DNA of 64,000 nucleotides, taken from NCBI GenBank assembly GCA_963674705.1, contig OY771506.1, forward strand, positions 3,680,001 through 3,744,000, read 5' to 3'. The notes beneath the pieces are model-generated. The model had not been told where the DNA came from and did no database searches. It saw only the letters and a program-made list of their open reading frames with translations. Shown here in pieces: positions 9,931-19,852 of the stretch (positions are counted from its first letter, which is position 1; every line of letters starts with the position of its first letter). A program made the position numbers and the translations under genes. This DNA comes from Phycisphaeraceae bacterium (GTDB lineage: Bacteria > Planctomycetota > Phycisphaerae > Phycisphaerales > Phycisphaeraceae).

Positions 9931-9971
9931 GGCGGATCGAAAAGTTTGTTTTGGGTGGGTATGCTTAGCAT

Positions 9972-10430
9972 ATGGATTTTAATGATGCGGCTATGTTGGC
10001 GGAGAGGTTGATGGCGAAGCATGGGTTGCTTCGCAAGGGGTGGCGATTTCGGTTTAACCGGGGCAAGCGGACATTGGGGATTTGTGATTACACGCGCAAG
10101 CGGGTGGAGCTGTCGTGTTATTTTGTGGCTCATAATGATGAGGAGGCGGTGCGGGATACGGTGCTGCATGAGATCGCGCATGCGATCGCTGGGGAGAAGG
10201 CGGGGCATGGGCCGAAGTGGCGGATGGTGTGCAAACGGATCGGGGCGAAGCCGGAGCGGCTGGATCGGGAGGCGGTGATGCCGCAGGGGCATTGGGCGGC
10301 GAAGTGCCCGGGCTGTGGGGCGGTGCATCGGCGGTTCCGGAGGCCGCTTCTGGGCAGAACCTATATCTGTAAGAGTTGCGGTCCCAAGCGGGGGGTGCTT
10401 CAGTTCGGCATACCGCGTGAGGTCTCCTGA
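9972..10430 (+). CDS. SprT-like zinc metalloprotease
   Basis: LHEIAHA, GHGPKW, C-terminal CPGC/CKSC zinc ribbon. Confidence 0.85.
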   Translation: MDFNDAAMLAERLMAKHGLLRKGWRFRFNRGKRTLGICDYTRKRVELSCYFVAHNDEEAVRDTVLHEIAHAIAGEKAGHGPKWRMVCKRIGAKPERLDREAVMPQGHWAAKCPGCGAVHRRFRRPLLGRTYICKSCGPKRGVLQFGIPREVS

Positions 10431-10575
10431 TTGCTAACATAGGTCGTTTTGTCCGCGTTAGTTAAGATAGGTAAAATCGATCATAAAAATCAGGTAAGCA
10501 CTTGCAGAATCTGGGGCTTAAGTAGGCTATAACTGTCTGAGAGAATTGGGTTTTGCCTTGCCCGTGTCATAGGCG

Positions 10576-10584
10576 TGGTATACT
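10576..10584 (+). promoter_or_regulatory. Candidate extended -10 promoter element (TGgTATACT) for the adhesin
   Basis: Matches TGnTAnnnT about 175 nt upstream of the likely start. Confidence 0.4.
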
Positions 10585-10759
10585 TGACCAAAGGTATCCG
10601 GTCATGCGCGCGGGGCGTTTCGCGGACATGAACGGGTATCCGCCAACAAGGTTTTAGCGGCTGTGGGGGACCACGGACGGGATGGGCTGGGTGTTATCAC
10701 AGCCCGTCTATTCTTATCAGTACACATGGTTTGATTCCAAGCCGTCAGGAGAACGAAAG

Positions 10760-13700
10760 ATGACCAAGTCGACAAGCTCGCAGGGTTCGAAGCAGCGTTT
10801 TGGCAGCCGGCGTGCATACCGCAGGTGGCTGAAGCGACAGCAAAGTGGCGTGAGGACGATGTTATTTAGTCCTGACACACGGCAGGGCCTGGAGGCGCTT
10901 GAGCAGCGTGTGCTGCTTTCGGCTTCGCCGGTCTTCGAACTGTCGGACCTGTTAGCAGCCAACGGCGGCGATGGGTCGGAAGGCGTCGTGATCAACGGCG
11001 TATCGATCGACGACCGCGCGGGCGTATCGGTCAGCTCGGCGGGGGATGTGAACGGCGACGGTTATGAAGACATGATCATCGGCGCGTTCCGTGATTCGCC
11101 CAACGGCGTGGACTCGGGCTCCAGCTATGTCATCTTCGGTACGGCAAACGGGTTTAATCCAACACTGCAACTGTCTTCGCTGAACGGGACCACGGGCTTT
11201 AAGATCAATGGTATCGCGGCGGGCGATTACTCCGGTCGGTCTGTATCCAGCGCGGGTGATGTGAACAATGACGGTTATGACGACCTGCTGATCGGCGCGT
11301 TCTACGCCGATGGCAGCGCTGTTGATTCCGGCCAGGTGTATGTCGTGTACGGCGGGGCGAGCTTCTCTTCGACGCTTCAGTTGTCGGCACTGAACGGGAC
11401 CAACGGCTTTACGATCAGCGGCGTGTCGGCGGATGATCATCTTGGCTTCAGCGTCAGCAATGCCGGTGATGTGAACGGGGACGGTATTGATGACTTTATC
11501 CTGGGCGCATCGGATTCATCGCCAAACGGTGCAGCTTCGGGTACGGCGTATGTGATCTTCGGGCAGGACGGCGGATTCGGTAGCAGCTTCGATCTGACCA
11601 CACTCAACGGCAGCAATGGTTTTGCAATCGAAGGTGTTTCTGCGGACGATCAACTGGGTATCGAAGTCAGCGGCGCCGGCGATGTGAACGGCGACGGCAT
11701 CGGCGACCTGATCGTCGGGGCGTTCCTGGACGATACGAACGGCGGCGACGCGGGTGCGGCGTATGTGATCTTCGGCGCAAGCAGCGGTTTCAGTGCGACG
11801 TTTGATCCTTCGACGCTCAACGGCAGCAATGGTTTTGCGATTCTAGGCGCGGCAGCGGGCGACAACGCGGGGCGCGGTGTCAGCGGCGCCGGCGACTTCA
11901 ACGGCGACGGCTACGCGGACCTTATCATCGGCGCACCCGGTGCGGATGGTTCTTCGGCCGACTCCGGCAGTGCGTATGTCATCTTCGGCAAGGGCACGTC
12001 ATTCAGCAGCTCGATTAATCTGGGTTCACTCAGCGGAAGCAACGGGTTCAAGCTCAACGGTATCGATCTCGATGACCAGGTGGGCGTATCTGTCAGTTCC
12101 GCCGGCGATGTGAATGGTGACGGGCTGGATGACTTATTGATCAGCGCGGATAACGCGGACCCGAACGGCAACCGGTCGGGCGAAACGTATGTCGTGTTCG
12201 GACGCACTTCGGCGATGTCGGCGTCGATTAACCTTTCTGCGCTCAGTGGCTCAGATGGTTTTGTGATCAACGGCATCAATAGCGCGGACCGGTCGGGCTT
12301 GTCGGTCAGTTCGGCAGGCGATGTGAACGGCGACGGTTATGACGACATGATCATCGGTGCGTTCCTTGCGGACCCGAACGGTTCGGCATCCGGGCAGAGC
12401 TACCTGGTCTACGGCGGCGACTTCTCTGATGCCGTGACGGAAGAAGGCTCGCAGGTAAGTGATGCGATCACCGGCACAACGGGTGCGGACGTGATTGTTG
12501 CCGGCAGTGGTGATGATATCGTGGACAGCCGGGGCGGCACGGATGTGGTCAACGCCGGTCAGGGTGACGACGAGATCATCATCCGGAACCTGAACTTCAC
12601 GCAGATCGACGGCGGGCGTGGCACCGACACGCTGACGATCGATGGTTCGGGGATATCGCTCGATCTTTCGACCTTCACGCCGACTCAACTGAAGAACATC
12701 GAGGCGATCGACATCAGCGGCGGGGCGAACTCGGTAACACTGACCGTTGAAGACATCCTGAATCTTTCCAACAGCAGCAATACGCTGACGATTACCTATG
12801 ACATTCTCGGTTCGGTCAACTTCGGCAGCGGCTGGGCGCAGCAAAGCAATGAGACCATCGGTAACGAGCAGCATATCACGTACACGCAAGGCAACGCGAC
12901 GTTGATCCTTATCATCAAGGCTGATGTGATCGATCCGGTCGTTACGATTGATCCACTGAAGACGGATTCACGCTCACCGCAATTGACCGGTACGGTGTCC
13001 GACCTTGATCCGGACGTTGATATTGAGGTAACGGTCGATGGGATGGCTTACACAGCAACCAACAACGGTGATGGCACATGGACGCTGGCGGCCGGCGTGA
13101 TCACACCTGACCTGGCGGACGGTATTTACAGTGTGACCGTCACGGGTACGGATTCTTCGGGTAATGTCGGCAGCGATCAGACGTCAAACGAGCTGATCAT
13201 CGACAATGAAGACCCGGTCGTCACGATCGACGTGCTTGAAACGATCGAGGTATCACCCGTGCTGACGGGCACGATCACGGACCTCGATCCGGCGACGACG
13301 ATCAGTGTGACGGTCGATGGTGTTACGTATGACGCGGTGAACAATGGCGATGGAACATGGACGCTCGATCTGAGCGCAGAAACGGTTGTTCCTGAATTGG
13401 CAGAGGGGACGTACGAGGTATCGGTGACGGCAACCGATACGGTCGGGCATACCGGTTCAGACAGCACGACAGATGAATTGACGATTGACCTGACTGATCC
13501 GGTCATCACGATTAATGATCCAGGCACGGTGACCACTGCCTCGCCCGTGTTGACGGGGACCGTGACGGACGCGGACACGGAAGCGACGGTTCGTGTTTCA
13601 ATCGATGGTGTGGTTTACGAAGCCGTGAACAACGGTGACGGCACATGGACGCTGGACCTTAGTGATGAAGAGATCGCCCTGGTCCTGGATGAGGGCGATT

Positions 13701-16700
13701 ACGAGATCAACGCGGCGGCCATTGATGCGGCCGGCAATAGCGCAATGATTGATGCAACCGTCACGATGACGGTTGACCTGGCGCCGGTGGTGACGGTTGA
13801 TGTGAAGACGACCAGCGACACCACGCCGCAGATCACCGGTACGATCGACGACATGGACGTAACAGCGGAAGTACTCGTCACAGTTAACGGGACGCAATAC
13901 ACGGCGACGAACAACGGCGACGGGACATGGACGCTCGAAGACGACACAATAACTTCTTCGCTTGCGGACGGGGTGTATGATGTTTCCGTACAGGCGACAG
14001 ACAGCTTCGGCAATATCGGCACGGACACCACGACAGATGAACTGACGATTGATACGGCTGCGCCGACGGTGACGGTGGATGCGTTGATTACCAACGACAC
14101 CCGGCCTGAGATTACCGGTACGGTCAGCGATGCAGAATCGACTGTCAGCGTTACGATCAATGGAACGACTTATACCGCGACGAATAACGGCGACGGTACA
14201 TGGACGCTGGCGGATAACATGATAGGCATCGCACTGGCTGAGGGGATTTACGACGTCGAGGTGACGGCGACGAACCTGGCTTCCGAAGTCGGCACGGACA
14301 GCACGACGAACGAGCTGGAAATCGATCTCACCGCGCCGACAGTGGCTATCGACACCCTTACCTCGGGTGACTCCACGCCGACCCTGACAGGGGCGGTGAA
14401 TGATTTTGATGCGGAAGTCGTAGTCAACATCATCGGTGGGGAGTCGTACACCGCGACCAATAACGGGGATGGAACGTGGACGCTTGAAGGCAACACGATG
14501 ACGGAAGAACTCGCTGTCGGGACGTACAACGTTCTTGTGACGGCGACCGACGTAGCGGGTAACAGCGGGAATAATGACAGCAATTACATCGGTGTGTTAG
14601 AGATTATCGATTCACCGTTCACGCTGACGGTGGACACGTTGGAGACCAACGATTCAACGCCCGAAATCACGGGCACGATCGAGGGGGACACGACCGGTGT
14701 GACGATCACGGTCACGATCAACGGCACGGAGTACACCGGGGTTACAATCGATGGCAACACCTGGACGCTGGCGGATGGCTCGATTACCTCGGCGCTGGCC
14801 GACGGTGTGTATGAAGTGACCGCGACGGGTACGAACAGCGATCCGTTCTCGATCGACGACAGCACGATGAACGAGCTGACGATCGACACGACGGCCCCGA
14901 CCGTGACGGTTGATGCGCTGACAACGAGCGATTCGACGCCTGAACTGACCGGCACCGTCGACGATGCCTCTGCGACAGTCATGGTGACCGTCAACGGCAC
15001 CGAATATCAAGCCACGAACAACGGCGACGGCACGTGGACGTTGGCGGACGATACGATCAGCCCGGCGCTCACGGTTGGCACGTACGATGTGTCCGTCAGT
15101 TCCGAAGATACGTTAGGCAACAGCGGCTCGGACGCGACGGTGGACGAGTTGATTATCATCGAATCGACGATTGACGTAATCAATCTGGCGGACCTGCTTG
15201 CTGCGAATGGCGGCGACGGCAGCGAGGGCTTCGTGCTTAATGGTGAATCCGCCAACGGCTGGGCGGGGGTCTCTGCCAGTCTGGCTGGGGACATCAACGG
15301 CGACGGCTATGACGACATCGTCATCGGCGCGAACATCACCAGCCCGATCAGCTTCCAGGACGGCACGGTTTATGTCATCTTCGGTTCGGCGAGCGGGTTC
15401 CCGGCGGAGATCGAACTCTCGTCGCTGGACGGTACCAATGGTTTCCGTATCGATGCGATCCTGGCCGGTGAGAACCTGGGCGTTTCGGTCGCGACAGCCG
15501 GCGACTTCAACGGCGACGGGATTGACGACCTGATCATCGGCGCCAGCCACGCGTCACGCAACGGCAGCCAGTCCGGTTCGGCGTACGTGGTCTACGGCCA
15601 ATCAACGTTCTCCGCGAGTTTCGATCTGTCGACGCTCGACGGGACCAACGGCTTCCGCTTCGACGGCGCGGCGATTGGTGACCGCACCGGCTTCTCCGTC
15701 AACACAGCCGGCGACATCAACGGCGACGGGCTTGCGGATGTGCTGATCGGCACGACCAAGGCCGACGACGGTGTCTTGATCGACGCCGGCAGAACCTACG
15801 TGATCTACGGCTCGACTTCAGCGATGACCTCCGTCATCGAAGTTGGCGACCTCAACGGCACGAATGGTTTCATCCTCACAGGCGCTGCAGCCGGCGAGCG
15901 TGCGGGCTTCAGTGTCAGTTCCGCCGGCGACGTCAATGGCGACGGCTATGATGACATCCGTATCGGCGCGCCGGGCCTGGATTCCAGCGACGCGGGACAG
16001 ACGTATATCGTCTTCGGCCAAAGCGGAAGCTATGGCACGGAGCTGAACCTCGGTGATCTCGACGGCACCAACGGCTTTGTGATCCTCGGTGATCTTGCTC
16101 AGAGTTTCCTGGGCTACTCCGGCTCGGGTATCGGCGACTTCAACGGCGACGGCTTCGATGACATCCTCGTCAGCGCCCCGGCAAGCAACCTCGGTTCGGA
16201 AGCCGGCGCAGCGTATGTCATCTACGGCCACGGCGGCAGCTTCTCCGCTTCGATTTCGATCGCTGATCTGGATGGTAGCAACGGATTCGCAATCCTCGGT
16301 GATGCCGCCGGTGACCTGGCAGGCTTCAACGTCTCTGGTGTTGGCGATGTCAACGGCGACGGGCTCGATGACTTGCTGGTCGGTGTGCCGCAAGCCTCCG
16401 GCGGCGGTTATGAACAGGGCGAATCGTATCTGCTCTTTGGCGCGGCTACGGGTATCGGCGCCAGCATTGACCTTGCGACGCTTCCGGGCAACGGCGGGAT
16501 CGTCTTCAACGGGGTTGCGTCCTCGGACCACGCCGGGCGTTATGTCAGCATGGCAGGCGATGTGAACGGCGACGGTTTTGCCGACTTCATCGTTGCGGCC
16601 CGTGATGCTGATATATCAACCAACAACGACGCCGGGCAGATCTATGTTGTCTTCGGCCAGGATTACCTCGGCACCGCGACACAGCTCGGCGACGAAACCA

Positions 16701-17623
16701 GTGAATCATTCACCGGAACCAGCGGCCGTGACGCGGTCATCGCCGGTGCGGGTGATGATGATGTAGCCGGCGAAGGCGGGCCCGACGTGGTCTACACCGG
16801 CGCGGATGATGATTCGATCACCGTGACGGATACCAACTTCGTCCGCATCGACGGCGGCAGCGGTTTCGATACGCTCAACCTCGACGGCAGCGGCATCAGC
16901 CTCGACCTGACCGCTCTCGCCGATTCGGCGCTGACTGAGATCGAACAGATCGACATCCGCGGCACGGGCGACAACACCCTGACGCTCGACGTCATGGAAG
17001 TCTTGAACATGTCCGGCGCCAGCAACACGCTGCTCGTGCTCGCCGACAGCGGCGACACCGTCAACATGGGCAGCGGCTGGACCTCCGCCGGCACGGAAAG
17101 CATCGATGGCAAGACCTTCGATGTCTACACCCAAGGCAACGCGACCCTCAAGGTCTACACCGAGGCCGGCACCGCCATCGACGGCGACCTCAACGGCGAC
17201 GGCTTCGTCGGCCTCGACGACCTGGACCTCGTCCTGGGCAACTGGAACCAGAACGTCACCCCGGGCGATAAGCTCAGCGGCGATCCGTCGGGCGACGGCT
17301 TCGTCGGCCTGGACGATCTGGACATCGTGCTGGGCAACTGGAACGCCGGCACGCCTGCCGCTGTTGAAGCGACCGCGACCAGCGTCAGCGAAGAAACCGC
17401 TGCAAGCACGCAGGCTCAGCCCGAAACGGTCTCGCTCGTGGATGAAGTCGAAACTTCCACCAGCACCGCTGCCACGTCTGATGACAGCGACGACGCGGCC
17501 GGCTGGAGCTGGATGCACGACAGCGACGCATCACGCTCAGCCTTCGGCGACGCCGATGACGACGCCTCCGACAGCGTCCTGGACATGATGAGTGAAGATT
17601 CAGCCTTGTCCCGCCTCCTCTAA
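10760..17623 (+). CDS. Giant surface adhesin: LEPRxLL-type leader, 7 FG-GAP repeats, RTX-like segment, 8 Ig-like repeats, second 7 FG-GAP/RTX block, dockerin-like pair, acidic tail
   Basis: LEALEQRVLLSA; AGDVNGDGxxD-type repeats x14; NNGDGTWTL-type repeats x8; AGGAG before ATG 10760. Confidence 0.9.
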   Translation: MTKSTSSQGSKQRFGSRRAYRRWLKRQQSGVRTMLFSPDTRQGLEALEQRVLLSASPVFELSDLLAANGGDGSEGVVINGVSIDDRAGVSVSSAGDVNGDGYEDMIIGAFRDSPNGVDSGSSYVIFGTANGFNPTLQLSSLNGTTGFKINGIAAGDYSGRSVSSAGDVNNDGYDDLLIGAFYADGSAVDSGQVYVVYGGASFSSTLQLSALNGTNGFTISGVSADDHLGFSVSNAGDVNGDGIDDFILGASDSSPNGAASGTAYVIFGQDGGFGSSFDLTTLNGSNGFAIEGVSADDQLGIEVSGAGDVNGDGIGDLIVGAFLDDTNGGDAGAAYVIFGASSGFSATFDPSTLNGSNGFAILGAAAGDNAGRGVSGAGDFNGDGYADLIIGAPGADGSSADSGSAYVIFGKGTSFSSSINLGSLSGSNGFKLNGIDLDDQVGVSVSSAGDVNGDGLDDLLISADNADPNGNRSGETYVVFGRTSAMSASINLSALSGSDGFVINGINSADRSGLSVSSAGDVNGDGYDDMIIGAFLADPNGSASGQSYLVYGGDFSDAVTEEGSQVSDAITGTTGADVIVAGSGDDIVDSRGGTDVVNAGQGDDEIIIRNLNFTQIDGGRGTDTLTIDGSGISLDLSTFTPTQLKNIEAIDISGGANSVTLTVEDILNLSNSSNTLTITYDILGSVNFGSGWAQQSNETIGNEQHITYTQGNATLILIIKADVIDPVVTIDPLKTDSRSPQLTGTVSDLDPDVDIEVTVDGMAYTATNNGDGTWTLAAGVITPDLADGIYSVTVTGTDSSGNVGSDQTSNELIIDNEDPVVTIDVLETIEVSPVLTGTITDLDPATTISVTVDGVTYDAVNNGDGTWTLDLSAETVVPELAEGTYEVSVTATDTVGHTGSDSTTDELTIDLTDPVITINDPGTVTTASPVLTGTVTDADTEATVRVSIDGVVYEAVNNGDGTWTLDLSDEEIALVLDEGDYEINAAAIDAAGNSAMIDATVTMTVDLAPVVTVDVKTTSDTTPQITGTIDDMDVTAEVLVTVNGTQYTATNNGDGTWTLEDDTITSSLADGVYDVSVQATDSFGNIGTDTTTDELTIDTAAPTVTVDALITNDTRPEITGTVSDAESTVSVTINGTTYTATNNGDGTWTLADNMIGIALAEGIYDVEVTATNLASEVGTDSTTNELEIDLTAPTVAIDTLTSGDSTPTLTGAVNDFDAEVVVNIIGGESYTATNNGDGTWTLEGNTMTEELAVGTYNVLVTATDVAGNSGNNDSNYIGVLEIIDSPFTLTVDTLETNDSTPEITGTIEGDTTGVTITVTINGTEYTGVTIDGNTWTLADGSITSALADGVYEVTATGTNSDPFSIDDSTMNELTIDTTAPTVTVDALTTSDSTPELTGTVDDASATVMVTVNGTEYQATNNGDGTWTLADDTISPALTVGTYDVSVSSEDTLGNSGSDATVDELIIIESTIDVINLADLLAANGGDGSEGFVLNGESANGWAGVSASLAGDINGDGYDDIVIGANITSPISFQDGTVYVIFGSASGFPAEIELSSLDGTNGFRIDAILAGENLGVSVATAGDFNGDGIDDLIIGASHASRNGSQSGSAYVVYGQSTFSASFDLSTLDGTNGFRFDGAAIGDRTGFSVNTAGDINGDGLADVLIGTTKADDGVLIDAGRTYVIYGSTSAMTSVIEVGDLNGTNGFILTGAAAGERAGFSVSSAGDVNGDGYDDIRIGAPGLDSSDAGQTYIVFGQSGSYGTELNLGDLDGTNGFVILGDLAQSFLGYSGSGIGDFNGDGFDDILVSAPASNLGSEAGAAYVIYGHGGSFSASISIADLDGSNGFAILGDAAGDLAGFNVSGVGDVNGDGLDDLLVGVPQASGGGYEQGESYLLFGAATGIGASIDLATLPGNGGIVFNGVASSDHAGRYVSMAGDVNGDGFADFIVAARDADISTNNDAGQIYVVFGQDYLGTATQLGDETSESFTGTSGRDAVIAGAGDDDVAGEGGPDVVYTGADDDSITVTDTNFVRIDGGSGFDTLNLDGSGISLDLTALADSALTEIEQIDIRGTGDNTLTLDVMEVLNMSGASNTLLVLADSGDTVNMGSGWTSAGTESIDGKTFDVYTQGNATLKVYTEAGTAIDGDLNGDGFVGLDDLDLVLGNWNQNVTPGDKLSGDPSGDGFVGLDDLDIVLGNWNAGTPAAVEATATSVSEETAASTQAQPETVSLVDEVETSTSTAATSDDSDDAAGWSWMHDSDASRSAFGDADDDASDSVLDMMSEDSALSRLL

Positions 17624-17658
17624 GGCGGATTCGATTCACGCACTTGGATGGTTCTACC

Positions 17659-17693
17659 CAACCCCCTTTCCTGCACGGAGAGGGGGTTGTTTT
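17659..17693 (+). terminator. Rho-independent terminator after the adhesin
   Basis: CAACCCCCT...AGGGGGTTG stem followed by TTTT. Confidence 0.65.
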
Positions 17694-17730
17694 ATGGATG
17701 GGAAATGCAGGCCTGGGGGGGAATGTAAAT

Positions 17731-17882
17731 GCACGAATGACGAAAATCGAATGACGAAGGAATGTTCCAATGACCAATTGCTCTCTGGGCGCGGGTCTGC
17801 ACGGCTGTACTCGACGCAGAATATTTGGACATTGGATCATTCGGCATTCTTTCGTCATTCGTGCATTCGATATTCGTGCATT
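17731..17882. repeat. Second GAATGAC/GTCATTC inverted-repeat element
   Basis: Begins GCACGAATG like the 1925 copy and has the same arm architecture. Confidence 0.8.
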
Positions 17883-18032
17883 ACATATCCTGTTCACGGG
17901 CTGCGACTTTGAAAAATGGCCATCAGGCCCCGACAGTCGCCTGCTCTGAATATCCCGCCCGGTCTGCTATCATGGGGGCCTTGGCGGGCGGTGGTCGCCC
18001 GGGTTTTGGAAGGCGTACAGGGGTTTTCGATC

Positions 18033-19781
18033 GTGGGATATACGGTACTAGCCAGACGCTACCGCTCAACGAGCTTCGCCGGCGTGATCGGTCAGGAGCC
18101 GATCGCCGGGACGCTGCGCAACGCCATCGAGCAGGGCCGCGTCGCCCACGCCTACCTCTTCACCGGCACACGCGGCGTCGGCAAGACGTCCATGGCCCGG
18201 ATCTTCGCCCGTGCCCTCAACGCCCCGGCCACCGTCGAGGATGCACCGCTTCCGCCCGACGCCGATGCCGACGGCGGGTTCCCCCCGGTCGATGTCCAGG
18301 AACGTATGGCCGCCGCCATCATGCGCGGCGAGGACCTGAACGTCATCGAGATCGACGGCGCAAGTAACCGCGGCGTCGACGAAGCACGTCAGCTCATCGC
18401 CAACGCCGGCCTCTCCCCGACGGGCAACGCCCGGTACAAGGTCTACATCATCGACGAGGTCCACATGCTCACGCGCGAGGCGTTCAACGCCTTGCTCAAG
18501 ACCATGGAGGAGCCGCCGTCGCACGTGAAGTTCATCCTGTGCACGACCGAGCCGCACAAGGTCCCGCCGACGATCCACTCGCGCTGCCAGGCGTTCGACT
18601 TCCGCAATATCCCCACGCCCAAGATCGCCGACCATCTGGCGAACGTCTTGAAGAGTGAAAACGTCGAGGCCGACCATGATGTCGTCTGGCAGATCGCACG
18701 GCTCGCCAACGGCTCGATGCGCGACGGCCTGTCGCTGCTCGATCGCTTGATCGCAACGGGTCAATCCCCGTTGACAGGTGAAGTGCTCGAACAGATGTTC
18801 GGCCTGCCCGATGCCCAACTCATCAACGGCCTCATCGATGCAATCGCAAGCGGGGATGTCAAAGCCTCACTCGAATCGGCTGCGAACCTGATAACCAACG
18901 GCGTGGGCCAGGACCAGATATTCGAGGTCCTGATTGAACGCTTCCGCCAGTTGATGCTCATCAGCGCCTGCGGCGCCGACAGCGACCTGGTCGAACTGTC
19001 CGATGAAGCCAAAACCGAGGCCGCCGAGCAAGCCAAGCAGTTTGATGCAAGTGCGTTGACTTACATGATCGCGCTGTGTGAAAGCGTGCAAAGAAACGGC
19101 AAAGCCAGCGCCACCCCCAGAGCGCTATTAGACGCCACCATCGTAAGATTAGCCCTGGCTGAGAAGATGGCCGACGTCACCGCTGTGTTGAGTGGAAGTA
19201 GTGGGGCGATGACTTCCGGGGGGCAAAAAAAAAAGCTAACTACTAATCCCACGCCGCAGGCGAGCGTGCTTCAGCACGCGGCCCCAACAACACCCCTCAC
19301 ACCCTCAGCATCCTCCCCCCAATCCCCAACCCCCAATCCCCAATCCCCAACCGAAGTCATGGACGCGCTACTCACCCGCGTCGCCACCAAACCCGCGCTC
19401 TCCTGGCTGCGCTTCGTCCAGATCGTCAAGATCGACGAGCAATCCGTCATCATGACCCCCACGCCCGGCCACCGCGAGGTCATGGCCTTCGCCAAAGGCC
19501 AACGCCTCCAGGACCTCGCCAACGACCTCCAACCCATCCTGGGCCGCCGCGTCCGCGTCTCCATGCAACCCCCAGCCAACCCAAACGGCGACCTCACCTC
19601 TTCCGATTCCCCCACACCCAACACCCCAAACCCCACCCCCGGTTCCCCCGGCCCCTCCGGAGCCTCCGCCGCCCGCCGCGCCGCGATGGATTTGCCATTA
19701 GTCAAACAAGTGATGGATGTGTTTCCGGACGCGGTTTTGTTTGAGGTGAGGGATGAAGATAGTGTTAGTAAACCACAGTAA
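18033..19781 (+). CDS. dnaX: DNA polymerase III subunit gamma/tau
   Basis: YTVLARRYR, HAYLFTGTRGVGKTS, EIDGASNRGVD, IIDEVHML, NALLKTMEEPP, SRC; likely GTG start at 18033. Confidence 0.97.
   Translation: MGYTVLARRYRSTSFAGVIGQEPIAGTLRNAIEQGRVAHAYLFTGTRGVGKTSMARIFARALNAPATVEDAPLPPDADADGGFPPVDVQERMAAAIMRGEDLNVIEIDGASNRGVDEARQLIANAGLSPTGNARYKVYIIDEVHMLTREAFNALLKTMEEPPSHVKFILCTTEPHKVPPTIHSRCQAFDFRNIPTPKIADHLANVLKSENVEADHDVVWQIARLANGSMRDGLSLLDRLIATGQSPLTGEVLEQMFGLPDAQLINGLIDAIASGDVKASLESAANLITNGVGQDQIFEVLIERFRQLMLISACGADSDLVELSDEAKTEAAEQAKQFDASALTYMIALCESVQRNGKASATPRALLDATIVRLALAEKMADVTAVLSGSSGAMTSGGQKKKLTTNPTPQASVLQHAAPTTPLTPSASSPQSPTPNPQSPTEVMDALLTRVATKPALSWLRFVQIVKIDEQSVIMTPTPGHREVMAFAKGQRLQDLANDLQPILGRRVRVSMQPPANPNGDLTSSDSPTPNTPNPTPGSPGPSGASAARRAAMDLPLVKQVMDVFPDAVLFEVRDEDSVSKPQ
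19225..19246 (+). other. Candidate programmed frameshift / transcriptional slippage site (A10G) in dnaX
   Basis: CAA AAA AAA AAG; TAA at 19237-39 (+1 frame) and 19244-46 (-1 frame). Confidence 0.75.
19317..19351. repeat. Heptamer tandem repeat (CCCCAAY)x5 inside dnaX
   Basis: ccccaat ccccaac ccccaat ccccaat ccccaac. Confidence 0.9.
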
Positions 19782-19852
19782 GAATTAGTATCTTAAACAC
19801 ATTCTTTCTTTTAATATATCGGGGAATATTGCTTATTTTTGAAAGGTAAAGA

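Noticed and set aside
17624..18032. SRP RNA (ffs), often found upstream of dnaX
   Set aside because: No SRP domain IV motif (CAGG..GGAA..AGCAG) was seen on either strand.
17916..18032. Longer dnaX N-terminus from the ORF track
   Set aside because: Homology starts at YTVLARRYR, so GTG 18033 is the more plausible start.
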